Assembly: GCA_036497205.1 (NCBI GenBank)
Contig: DASXJV010000034.1
Span: 1 to 45,422, forward strand
Reading direction: 5' to 3'
Length of the DNA: 45,422 bases
Origin: Bradyrhizobium sp.
GTDB taxonomy: Bacteria; Pseudomonadota; Alphaproteobacteria; Rhizobiales; Xanthobacteraceae
In this document: piece after piece, positions 36,736-45,422 of the stretch
Numbering within the stretch: position 1 is the first letter of the stretch
Layout: every line of letters starts with the position of its first letter
Notes under the pieces: generated by a model
Told to the model about the DNA's origin: nothing
The model's input: the letters and a program-made list of their open reading frames with translations, nothing else
Database searches by the model: none
Translations under genes and position numbers: made by a program

Positions 36736-38268
36736 ATGGTTGGTTTCACACGGCCGCCCTGTGACGCCGGCGTTATCGGCGCCACGCCGGCTTTTCCCGC
36801 CGGCCTGTCGGAGAGGAGCAAGCGCCTGACGCTGGTGGCGACGATCCTCGGATCGAGCATGGCGTTTGTCGATGGCTCGGTCGTGAATATCGCCCTCCCC
36901 GCCATCCAGCAGGCGCTGCATGCGAACGCGGCATCGACGCAATGGATCGTCAATGCCTACCTCTTGCTGCTGGGCGCACTGGTGCTGGTCGGGGGCTCGG
37001 CTGCCGATCTTTACGGCCGTCGACGGATTTTTCTTCTCGGCACCGCGGTATTCACCACGGCCTCCATTGCATGCGGACTTGCACCGAACATCACGCTGCT
37101 CGTCGTCAGCCGCGCGGTTCAAGGTCTCGGGGCTGCGCTGCTCACGCCGGCCAGCCTCGCAATGCTCGGCGCTACTTTCGACCAGCACGAGCGCAGCCAT
37201 GCGATCGGGATGTGGGCCGGCGTTGGCGCCCTCACCTCGGCGGCCGGCCCGGTTCTCGGCGGCTGGCTGGTCGATCATGTATCGTGGCGGGCGATCTTTC
37301 TGCTCAACGTCCCGCTGGCGATCGCCGCGGCCGGGCTCGCGATCTTCTTTGCCTGCGAGAGCCACGATGACAAAGCGAAGCGGCTCGACTGGATAGGGGC
37401 GGTCGCGGTCGCCATTGGCCTCGCCGCTATCACCTGGGGACTGAGCGCCATTCCGGCGTCGGGATTTCACGACAGAACCGTCCTCGCCGCGCCGGCAGCG
37501 GGAGCCGCGTTCCTCATATGCTTCGTTGCGATCGAAGCCCGATTCCACGAACGCGCGATGATGCCGCTGTCGCTGTACCGCTCGCGCAATTTTTCCGGCA
37601 CCAACACGCTGACACTGCTGCTCTACTTCGCGCTCGGCGGGGCATTATATTATCTGCCGTTTGGCCTGATCCGGCTCGGCGGTTATTCCGCGACGCAGGC
37701 CGGTACGGCGTTGCTGCCCTTCGCCCTGATCATGGGTTTCGGCGCGTCATTCGCGGGCACCCTCTCCGACCGTTTCGGGCCGCGGCTGTCGCTGACCGCC
37801 GGGCCCCTCATCGCGGCTTGCGGTTTGACACTGCTCGCTTTCGCGGATCTCGGGAAATCGTATTGGGTCGGCGTATTTCCGGCGATCTGCGTGCTCGCCG
37901 TCGGCATGACCATCACCGTTCCGCCGCTGACGTCGACGGTGATGGCATCGGTGGGCGAAGCTCGCGCCGGCATCGCTTCCGGCGTCAACAACGCGATTGC
38001 CCGAGTGGCCGGTCTCTTTGCGGTCGCAGCACTCGGCGCAGTGTTGTTCGCAAGCTTTTCACATCATCTTGAACCGCTGCCGCCCACGCAGGCCAACGAA
38101 GCGTTGAATGCGGTACTGGCTGGCCAGGCCGGCGTCACGGAGGGCGCAATCGCCGCGTTCGACCGGGCGTTGCGCACGGTGATGCTGGTGACCGCACTCT
38201 GCGCCGCGCTTGGCGGCGTCGCTGGCTGGCTGTGGATCCGGCCGGCAGGCTCGGAATTGGCGAACTGA
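36736..38268 (+). CDS. MFS transporter, DHA2 (14-TM) family
   Basis: DGSVVNIALP, WIVNAYLL, DLYGRRR, GPVLGG and WRAIFLLNVP motifs. Confidence 0.9.
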   Translation: MVGFTRPPCDAGVIGATPAFPAGLSERSKRLTLVATILGSSMAFVDGSVVNIALPAIQQALHANAASTQWIVNAYLLLLGALVLVGGSAADLYGRRRIFLLGTAVFTTASIACGLAPNITLLVVSRAVQGLGAALLTPASLAMLGATFDQHERSHAIGMWAGVGALTSAAGPVLGGWLVDHVSWRAIFLLNVPLAIAAAGLAIFFACESHDDKAKRLDWIGAVAVAIGLAAITWGLSAIPASGFHDRTVLAAPAAGAAFLICFVAIEARFHERAMMPLSLYRSRNFSGTNTLTLLLYFALGGALYYLPFGLIRLGGYSATQAGTALLPFALIMGFGASFAGTLSDRFGPRLSLTAGPLIAACGLTLLAFADLGKSYWVGVFPAICVLAVGMTITVPPLTSTVMASVGEARAGIASGVNNAIARVAGLFAVAALGAVLFASFSHHLEPLPPTQANEALNAVLAGQAGVTEGAIAAFDRALRTVMLVTALCAALGGVAGWLWIRPAGSELAN

Positions 38269-38509
38269 GGCATCTTCAGCAGATCGCATCGGTCATAATT
38301 CCAAAGGCGCATATCATCTGTTGTTTGGAGGATGCGATGCATCAGGCGGCGAATGTGCAATTCGAACGCGCGGCTTGATGAATCTGATACGCGGGAGCGG
38401 CGCTGGCAGCATCGGCGATTTCGACAGCTTGCCGCTTGCTCTTCCGCCATCGCTTTGAGACCATGCCGACGATAAGATCCGCTTCGCGCGCGGGCTTTGA
38501 GGAAGTCCC

Positions 38510-38620
38510 ATGCCGAAATGCAGGCCGACCGTCTCACGCGCATTGGCGCGGCGCTGCTTAGGGCTGCTGGCGCGTCGGACGGTGTTCAACGTCGCGGCGT
38601 TCCGTCCGCTGAAGGACTTC
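38510..38620 (+). pseudogene. Internally deleted remnant of an Ldh_2 (malate/L-lactate dehydrogenase) family gene
   Basis: GAGGA RBS, then ATG CCG AAA TG / QADRLTRIGAALLRAAGASD (38521-38580) / VFNVAAFRPLKDF (38582-38620); the segments resemble the N-terminus and a late region of recalled Ldh_2 proteins. Confidence 0.55.
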
Positions 38621-38834
38621 ATTGACGCACGCCGAGTGGGGGATCGGGTTCATTCGAGGCCGTTCTGCCCCGAACCCGAGGCGGTTGATGAATTAATGAT
38701 TTCTCATTACGAGCTAACCATGGGGTCTCTGCTAGGCTTGGGGACGACCTCCTCTTCCCCGTTGGAAACTGCTATCGCTCTCTACGTTCCGTTTTCAGAA
38801 ACGTTCTGCTTCGCCAGGGCACCTGGGTGATCCG

Positions 38835-39653
38835 ATGAAATTCAGTAGCGCAGACCTATCGACCATTCTAAATCGCATTCTCGACACAGCGGCGGACAAC
38901 CTCAGGGTCGCCAAGATTTTGATCCAGTTAGGTCTGGACCCCGATAACATTACCTACGACGCAATATTCAACCGCCTTCTGGAAATCGTGCTGACCAACA
39001 TCACCCTTGCCAACCTGTTTGCGCTGGTTGGCGCAATTTTCTTTGTCGCCACTTTGCTGACGCAGACGATGGTGCCGCTTCGCATCGCGAACATGGTCGG
39101 CTGCGCATTCTTCGCCGGCTTTGGCGCGCTCGCCGGCAACGTCGCGACTTTTCTCTTGTATCTGCTGTTGCTCCCGATCAATGCGTTTCGCCTGCGGCAA
39201 ATGCTCACCCTCGTCAAGAAGGCACGTACCGCAACCCAGGGCGATACGTCGATGGAATGGCTCAAACCGTTTATGACCGAGCGCAAATATCGCAAGGGCG
39301 ACATCCTGTTCAGGAAGGGCGACACGGCCGACGAAATGCTTTTGACCGTTACCGGAAAATTCCTGGTGACTGAAATCGGCGTCGAACTGCCGCCGGGACG
39401 CCTGATGGGCGAACTTGGCTTCCTTACACCTAATAATCGACGGACGGCGACGATCGAATGCACCGAGAACGGGCATGTGCTGACCATCAGCTATGAAAAG
39501 CTATTGGAGATCTACTTCCAGAATCCGCAATTCGGCTATTACTTCCTGGTCCTGACCAGCCAACGGCTGCTGGATAATATCTCGCGCCTCGAAGCAATTA
39601 TCGCACAAAACAAGATCGCGCAGCAGACTACGAACGCGGGCGGCACGAACTGA
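38835..39653 (+). CDS. Membrane protein with a C-terminal cNMP-binding domain (Popeye-like architecture, no HTH)
   Basis: About three hydrophobic helices around TMVPLRIANMVG; LFRKGD..D, MGELGFL and RRTATIEC cNMP-binding motifs. Confidence 0.85.
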   Translation: MKFSSADLSTILNRILDTAADNLRVAKILIQLGLDPDNITYDAIFNRLLEIVLTNITLANLFALVGAIFFVATLLTQTMVPLRIANMVGCAFFAGFGALAGNVATFLLYLLLLPINAFRLRQMLTLVKKARTATQGDTSMEWLKPFMTERKYRKGDILFRKGDTADEMLLTVTGKFLVTEIGVELPPGRLMGELGFLTPNNRRTATIECTENGHVLTISYEKLLEIYFQNPQFGYYFLVLTSQRLLDNISRLEAIIAQNKIAQQTTNAGGTN

Positions 39654-39729
39654 GCGTCGATGTATTTTCTGGCGCGGGCGGTCCGCGGGCGTGCGATGTC
39701 GGCACGCTCGTATGGTTGAAATCAGATCG

Positions 39730-42495
39730 CTACTCCGCCGCGGCGCGGACTTCCGCGCGTTCGGCCCTCACCGCGCAGAACTTGAATTCGGGAATTTTTC
39801 CGAACGGATCGAGCGCCGGATTGGTCAACAGGTTGGCAGCGGCCTCCGCGTAGCAGAACGGCATGAACACCATATTTTCCGGAACGTCGCGATCGGAGCG
39901 CACCTTGACCTCGACCGCACCGCGCCGTGTCTCAAGCCGCACCAGATCGCCCGGCCAGACCTTCATGCGCCGCATGTCCTTTGGCGACATAAACGCCATC
40001 GCCTCTGGCTCGATCTGATCGAGCACGCTGGAACGCCGCGTCATCGAACCGGTATGCCAATGCTCAAGCACGCGGCCGGTGGAGAGCACCATTGGATATT
40101 CGGCGTCGGGCAATTCGTCCGGCGCGGTCACCCGCGCCGGCACGATCTTGCCGCGCCCGCTTTCGGTCGGGAAACCCGTGGTGAAGATGATCTCGTTGCC
40201 GGGCTTATCGGGAGCGTCGACCGGGTAGGTCACCGCGCCCTCGCGCACCAGCCGCTCCCAGGTGATGTTTTGCAGCGACGGCATCACCTGCGTCATCTCG
40301 GTGAAGACGTCGGCCGGCCCGTCATAGCGCCAGTCCAGCCCCATGCGCCTGGCGATTTCCTGGATGATCCACAGATCCTGCCGCGCGTCGCCGGGCGGCT
40401 TGATCACCTCACGCGCGAGCTGCACGCGGCGGTCGGTATTGGTGAAGGTGCCGGATTTCTCCGCAAAGGCCGAAGCCGGCAGAATGACGTCAGCATGAAA
40501 CGCGGTTTCGGTGACGAACAGATCCTGCACCACGAGATGATCGAGCTTGGCCAGCGCCTCGCGCGCGTGCTGCAAATCGGGATCCGACATCGCGGGATTC
40601 TCGCCCTCGATATACATGCCGGTGATCTCGCCGGCGTGGATCGCGTTCATGATCTCGACGACCGTGAGGCCGCGAACCGGATCGATGTCCTGGTGCCACA
40701 GGCGCTCGAACGGCTCGCGCAGATCGGTGCGCCCGACCGGCTGATAATCCGGCAGGAACATCGGGATTAGCCCCGCATCGGAGGCGCCCTGCACGTTGTT
40801 CTGTCCGCGCAACGGATGCAGCCCGGTGCCGGGGCGGCCGACCTGGCCGGTAATCAAAGCGAGCGCAATCAGGCAGCGCGCATTGTCAGTGCCGTGCACA
40901 TGCTGGCTGATGCCCATGCCCCAGAAAATGATCGAGGCGCGGGAGCGTGCATAGATCCGCGCCACTTCGCGCAAGGTATCTGCCGGAACACCGCAGATCG
41001 GTTCCATCTTCTCCGGCGTGAATTCCTTGATGCGCTCCTTGAGATCCTCAAAACCCTCGGTATAACCGGCGATATATTGCTCATCGGTGAGGCCCTCGGT
41101 GATGATGGTGTTGATCATCGCATTCAGCATCGCGACGTCGCTGCCGGCCTTGAACGCCAGATGCTTGTAGGCGTGGCGCGACAGCGATTGCCGGCGCGGA
41201 TCCATCACGATCAGCTTGGCGCCGTTTTTCGCCGCGTTCTTGATGAAGGTCGCGGCCACCGGATGGTTGATGGTCGGGTTGGCGCCGATCACGATGATGA
41301 CCTCGGCGTCCATCGCCGCCGCGAATGGTGCCGACACCGCGCCTGAGTTCAGGCCTTCCATCAAGGCCGCAACCGATGAGGCGTGGCAGAGCCGCGTGCA
41401 GTGATCGACGTTGTTGGAGCCGAAGCCGGTCCGCACCAGCTTCTGGAACAGATACGCCTCCTCGTTCGAGCCCTTGGCCGAGCCGAAACCGGCGAGCGCC
41501 TTGACGCCCTTTTCATCGCGGATCTTGACGAGACCCTTGGCGGCGATATCGAGCGCTTCCTCCCAGGAGGCTTCGCGAAAATGCGTGAACGGATTGGCCG
41601 GATCGACCTGGTCGTTGGAATCCTTCTTCGCATTCGCCAGCCGCACCAGCGGCTTGGTCAGGCGATGCGGATGATGGATGTAGTCGAAGCCGAAGCGGCC
41701 CTTGACGCAGAGCCGGTTGTGGTTGGCCGGGCCGTCGCGGCCCTCGGCGTAGATCACCTTCTCGTCCTTGACCTGATAGGTGACCTGGCAGCCGACGCCG
41801 CAGAACGGGCAGAGCGAGTCCACCTTCTTGTCCGGATAGGTGACGCGGGTCTGGTTCTCGTCGAGCATTACGGAGGGCATCAGCGCGCCGGTCGGACAGG
41901 CCTGCACGCATTCGCCGCACGCGACACAGGTCGATTCCCCCATCGGATCGTCGAAGTCGAACACGATCTTGGAGCCATGATTGCGGTAGGCCATGCCGAT
42001 TACGTCATTTACCTGAACCTCGCGGCAGGCGCGCACGCAGAGGCCACACTGGATGCAGGCATCGAGATTGACGCTCATCGCCGGATGGCTGGCGTCGCCA
42101 TGCCAGCGCTCGGCGGCCGGGAAACGGCTTTCGGTCACCTCGACCTTTTCGGCCCAGTGCCAGAATTTCGAATCGGGATCGTGTGAAGTTTCGCGCGCCG
42201 GCTGATCGGCGACCAGAAGCTCCATCACCATTTTTTGTGCCGCGACTGCGCGCGCGCTGGCCGATTTCACCTTCATGCCGACGCTCGGCGTGCGCTTGCA
42301 GGAAGCCGCCAGCACGCGCTCGCCCTCGACCTCCACCATGCAGGCGCGGCAATTGCCGTCCGGCCGATAGTCCGGTTCGGGCGAATAACACAGATGCGGA
42401 ATCTCGCGGCCCTGGCGTTTTGCGACTTGCCAGATGGTCTCACCGTTGACGGCTTCGACCTGCTTGCCGTCGAGTTCGAACTGGATTTTGGTCAT
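39730..42495 (-). CDS. fdhF: Formate dehydrogenase alpha subunit (Mo/W bis-MGD, Cys ligand)
   Basis: N-terminal 2Fe-2S (IPHLC..CRAC), two CxxCxxCxxxC motifs, CPFCGVGC, active site NNVDHCTRLCH, PLRGQNNVQG. Confidence 0.95.
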   Translation of the reverse strand: MTKIQFELDGKQVEAVNGETIWQVAKRQGREIPHLCYSPEPDYRPDGNCRACMVEVEGERVLAASCKRTPSVGMKVKSASARAVAAQKMVMELLVADQPARETSHDPDSKFWHWAEKVEVTESRFPAAERWHGDASHPAMSVNLDACIQCGLCVRACREVQVNDVIGMAYRNHGSKIVFDFDDPMGESTCVACGECVQACPTGALMPSVMLDENQTRVTYPDKKVDSLCPFCGVGCQVTYQVKDEKVIYAEGRDGPANHNRLCVKGRFGFDYIHHPHRLTKPLVRLANAKKDSNDQVDPANPFTHFREASWEEALDIAAKGLVKIRDEKGVKALAGFGSAKGSNEEAYLFQKLVRTGFGSNNVDHCTRLCHASSVAALMEGLNSGAVSAPFAAAMDAEVIIVIGANPTINHPVAATFIKNAAKNGAKLIVMDPRRQSLSRHAYKHLAFKAGSDVAMLNAMINTIITEGLTDEQYIAGYTEGFEDLKERIKEFTPEKMEPICGVPADTLREVARIYARSRASIIFWGMGISQHVHGTDNARCLIALALITGQVGRPGTGLHPLRGQNNVQGASDAGLIPMFLPDYQPVGRTDLREPFERLWHQDIDPVRGLTVVEIMNAIHAGEITGMYIEGENPAMSDPDLQHAREALAKLDHLVVQDLFVTETAFHADVILPASAFAEKSGTFTNTDRRVQLAREVIKPPGDARQDLWIIQEIARRMGLDWRYDGPADVFTEMTQVMPSLQNITWERLVREGAVTYPVDAPDKPGNEIIFTTGFPTESGRGKIVPARVTAPDELPDAEYPMVLSTGRVLEHWHTGSMTRRSSVLDQIEPEAMAFMSPKDMRRMKVWPGDLVRLETRRGAVEVKVRSDRDVPENMVFMPFCYAEAAANLLTNPALDPFGKIPEFKFCAVRAERAEVRAAAE

Positions 42496-44201
42496 TCCGC
42501 TGTCTCTTTCGGCACGAATTCTTCCGGGAAATATTTAATGACTGTCGTCAGCGGATTCGAGGCCGCCTGGCCGAGACCGCAGATCGATGCATCGCGCATC
42601 GCCTGGCTCAATTCGTCGAGCAATTCGCGGTTCCAGACGGGTTTTTCCATCAGCAGCGCCGCCTTCTGGGTGCCGACGCGGCAGGGCGTGCACTGGCCGC
42701 AGCTTTCGTCCTCGAAGAAACGCATCAGGTTCAGCGCCGCGCCTTTCACGCTGTCCTGCTCGGACAGGATGATGATCGCGGCCGAACCGATGAAGCAGCC
42801 GTATTTTTCCAGCGTGCCGAAATCGAGCGGTATATTGTCCATCGATGCCGGCAGAATGCCCCCTGATGCGCCGCCCGGCAGGTAAGCGTGGAAGGTGTGT
42901 CCGTCCGCCATGCCGCCGCAGAACTCGTCGATCAGTTCGCGCACCGTGATGCCGGCCGGCGCCAGCTTCATGCCCGGATTTTTCACCCGACCGGAAACCG
43001 AATAGCTGCGCAGCCCGTGGCGATCGTTGCGGCCATGGCTCTTCCACCACTCCGCGCCTTTTTCGACAATGTCGCGCACCCACCACAGCGTCTCGATGTT
43101 GTTGATCAGGGTGGGCAATCCGAACAGCCCGACCTGGAACGGGTATGGCGGCTTGTGCCGCGGCAATCCGCGCTTGCCTTCGATGCTTTCCAGCAGCGAA
43201 GACTCTTCGCCGCAGATATAGGCACCGGCGCCACGCCGCATGTGCAGCAGCGGACCACCCGGCGGCAGTTTGGCGATTTCACGCGTCAGAATTTCGCGCG
43301 AGGCCGGATATTCGTCCCGGATGTAGATGTAGACGTCGGGCGCTTCGACGACATGCGCACCGATCAGCATGCCCTCGAGAAAGCGATGCGGATCGGTCTC
43401 GAGATAATAGCGATCTTTGAACGTTCCGGGCTCGCCCTCGTCGCCGTTGATAGCCATCAGCCGAGGTCCGGGCTCGCCGAGCACCGCACGCCACTTTCGT
43501 CCCGTGGGAAAGCCTGCGCCGCCGAGACCGCGCAGGCTGGCGTCGTCGAGCGCCTTTAAAAGATCTTCCTTCGCCAACTCGCCGGAGCGCAGGCGCTTCA
43601 ACAGCGCGTAGCCGCCGCCGGCGACATAGGCGTCGTAGTCGATGTAGTCAGGCAGCTGCGCGTGGGTGTCGCCGCCCTTCGCCGCCGCAAGCACGCTTGC
43701 AACACCGGCGTGATCGACAAAGTGATGACCGACCTCGGCGGCAGGTGCGGTGTCGCAACGGCCGACGCACGGCGCGCGCACCACGCGAATGCCGGGACCG
43801 GCAGTTGTCTGCAACTCATGCAGCAATTTTTCCCCGCCCAGCATGGCGCAGGTCAGCGAATCACAGACGCGAATGGTCAGCGGCGGAATATTGGCCTCGC
43901 CCTCCTTCACCACATCGAAATGCGCGTAGAAGGTCGCGGTCTCGAACACTTCCGCGAACGCAAGCTTCATCTCGTCGGCAAGCGCCGCGAGATGGGCTGC
44001 GGAAATCTGATGATATTTGTCCTGGATAAGATGCAGGTGCTCGATCAGAAGGTCGCGCCGCCTTGGCCGGTCGCGGAGCAAAAGCGCAATCTCTTCAGCG
44101 GCTTGGGGATCGATCTGGCGGCCCTTGGGGGTCGATTTGGCCCGCTTTCGTCCCTCGCCGGGATGTTCGAACGAGCGGACCTGTTGCACATCATGACTCA
44201 T
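42492..44201 (-). CDS. Formate dehydrogenase beta (diaphorase) subunit, NuoE-NuoF fusion
   Basis: VCDSLTC and PCVGRC 2Fe-2S motifs; LRGLGGAGFPTGRKW, DEGEPGTFKD, GAYICGEE and ESCGQCTPCR motifs; the stop overlaps the alpha start. Confidence 0.93.
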   Translation of the reverse strand: MSHDVQQVRSFEHPGEGRKRAKSTPKGRQIDPQAAEEIALLLRDRPRRRDLLIEHLHLIQDKYHQISAAHLAALADEMKLAFAEVFETATFYAHFDVVKEGEANIPPLTIRVCDSLTCAMLGGEKLLHELQTTAGPGIRVVRAPCVGRCDTAPAAEVGHHFVDHAGVASVLAAAKGGDTHAQLPDYIDYDAYVAGGGYALLKRLRSGELAKEDLLKALDDASLRGLGGAGFPTGRKWRAVLGEPGPRLMAINGDEGEPGTFKDRYYLETDPHRFLEGMLIGAHVVEAPDVYIYIRDEYPASREILTREIAKLPPGGPLLHMRRGAGAYICGEESSLLESIEGKRGLPRHKPPYPFQVGLFGLPTLINNIETLWWVRDIVEKGAEWWKSHGRNDRHGLRSYSVSGRVKNPGMKLAPAGITVRELIDEFCGGMADGHTFHAYLPGGASGGILPASMDNIPLDFGTLEKYGCFIGSAAIIILSEQDSVKGAALNLMRFFEDESCGQCTPCRVGTQKAALLMEKPVWNRELLDELSQAMRDASICGLGQAASNPLTTVIKYFPEEFVPKETAE

Positions 44202-44245
44202 TGAAGCGTCTCGTTCTCACCCTGGGTCGGGCGACTCTAATCCGT

Positions 44246-44262
44246 GGCATGCCACATGCCAA
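44246..44262 (-). promoter_or_regulatory. Candidate sigma54 (-24/-12) promoter of the fdh operon
   Basis: Minus strand TTGGCATGTGGCATGCC = GG-N10-GC, about 45 nt before the start codon. Confidence 0.55.
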
Positions 44263-44416
44263 GAGTAATATACTGGCTCATAAGGATTTAAGGGGCGCAG
44301 CCGCCGCTGGCACCCCTTGATAGACCTGGTCGCGGACAATCCTCAGGGCCTCGCCCAAGAACCAGCCGTCGTCGCCGCGAGAGGCCGCGAGCATGTAAAG
44401 CTCTGCTGATTCCTAT

Positions 44417-44671
44417 CTACGGCTCCGTGATAGCGGGCGACAAACCGTCAGTCTTTTCGATCAGAAACACGATTCCGTGCTCCGCGCGTTCGGTGATCTC
44501 TACCTTATCGCCGGTTTCCCGGATCAGATTTGGGATATCGATGATCGATAGCGGATCGGTGCAGTGAACTTCCATACGGTCGCCCGGTTTCAGCGCCTTC
44601 AACGCCTTTCGTGTCTTCAATGCCGGCAACGGACATTTCAGGCCGGTGAGATCGAGCTTTGTCGTGGTCAT
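44417..44671 (-). CDS. tusA: TusA-family sulfur carrier
   Basis: LDLTGLKCPLP (CPxP) and TDP..IDIP motifs. Confidence 0.85.
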   Translation of the reverse strand: MTTTKLDLTGLKCPLPALKTRKALKALKPGDRMEVHCTDPLSIIDIPNLIRETGDKVEITERAEHGIVFLIEKTDGLSPAITEP

Positions 44672-44729
44672 GGCCCATACATGGCGAGGGGAATTCACAT
44701 CGTCAACGGACATCGCCTGAGGCCGAACG

Positions 44730-45422
44730 TCAAATCAGACTCGCATATGACAAAAACCCAACCGTCTGGCCAGGTTCGACCTGCGTGATCTCCTCGCCGA
44801 GTTCGACCAGTCCGTCGGTCTCCACCAGCGACGACAGCAGGCCAGCGCCCTCGCGCGGAAATTTAACCGCTTCGAGCGTTCCGTCGTCAGCCTTGCGAAG
44901 CGTGACCCGGACATATTCGCGGCGGGCAATTTTCTTTTTATAGATGAAAGCCGCGCGGACCGGCATCGGGAGGAGGTGCTGTTGCGAAGCGCCCGCCAGC
45001 GCCAGCACGGTCGGGCGCACCACATGAACGAAGGTGACAAAACTCGCCACCGGATTTCCCGGCAATCCGATGAACGGCGTGCCGCCGATAATCCCCATCG
45101 CGACCGGCCGTCCGGGCTTGATCGCCATGCGCCACAGCACGAGGGTGCCTACGCTTTCGACACCAGCCTTGACGTGGTCCTCTTCACCGGTCGAAACGCC
45201 GCCGGTGGTCAGAATCAAATCGTGTGCGGCAGCCACCTTCTTCAGGCCGAGTGCGAGCGAAGCCCGATCGTCACCGAGAATACCGAGGTCGCTGACTTCG
45301 CAGCCAAGGCGCGCCAGCATCGCCATCAGCATGAAGCGATTCGAATCGAACAGTTGCGCGGCCTCGCGCGGCGCCCCCGGCGATACCAGTTCGTTGCCGG
45401 TCGAAAACACGGCGACGCGGAT
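44730..45422 (-). CDS. moeA: Molybdopterin molybdotransferase MoeA, 5'-truncated by the window edge
   Basis: STGNEL, DSNR, TTGGVSTGEED, IKPGRP and GLPGNP motifs. Confidence 0.95.
   Translation of the reverse strand: MRVAVFSTGNELVSPGAPREAAQLFDSNRFMLMAMLARLGCEVSDLGILGDDRASLALGLKKVAAAHDLILTTGGVSTGEEDHVKAGVESVGTLVLWRMAIKPGRPVAMGIIGGTPFIGLPGNPVASFVTFVHVVRPTVLALAGASQQHLLPMPVRAAFIYKKKIARREYVRVTLRKADDGTLEAVKFPREGAGLLSSLVETDGLVELGEEITQVEPGQTVGFLSYASLI

Noticed and set aside
38794-38810. Irr/ICE-like motif TTCAGAA-ACG-TTCTGCT
   Set aside because: The outer positions deviate from TTTRGAA-N3-TTCYAAA and there is no iron-related context.
41380-41415. Selenocysteine in the FDH active site
   Set aside because: The motif reads CTRLCH in an uninterrupted frame, so the ligand is Cys.

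Overview
High-GC alphaproteobacterial chromosome segment; gene content and repeat families point to Bradyrhizobium or a close Nitrobacteraceae relative. In order: 3' part of groEL, an exported hypothetical protein, a phytoene-desaturase-family oxidoreductase, a META-domain gene bracketed by palindromic repeats, a lactate/glycolate permease, a BclA/YddA-type ABC transporter, a TorF porin, a histone H1-like protein, glcFED, cycA (cytochrome c550), an RpiR regulator-class III aminotransferase-TAXI TRAP module, an alpha/beta hydrolase, a TPR protein, Zn-free L36 (not in the ORF track), a delta-9-type desaturase, a decayed MaoC locus, an amidohydrolase, HAD-II, YbaK, TctC, LysR/SDR-pirin-wrbA, DUF5996, DUF1080, an MFS transporter, a membrane cNMP-binding protein, a two-subunit formate dehydrogenase resembling Methylorubrum FDH1, TusA and the 3' part of moeA. 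I saw no CRISPR array, tRNA, rRNA, transposase, phage or defence genes. The best candidate for an uncharacterised system is the RpiR/aminotransferase/TAXI module. Other notable signals are nested palindromic repeats and several frameshifted or internally collapsed gene relics hidden in intergenic DNA. Family calls come from motif recognition and recalled homologues, not from database searches.
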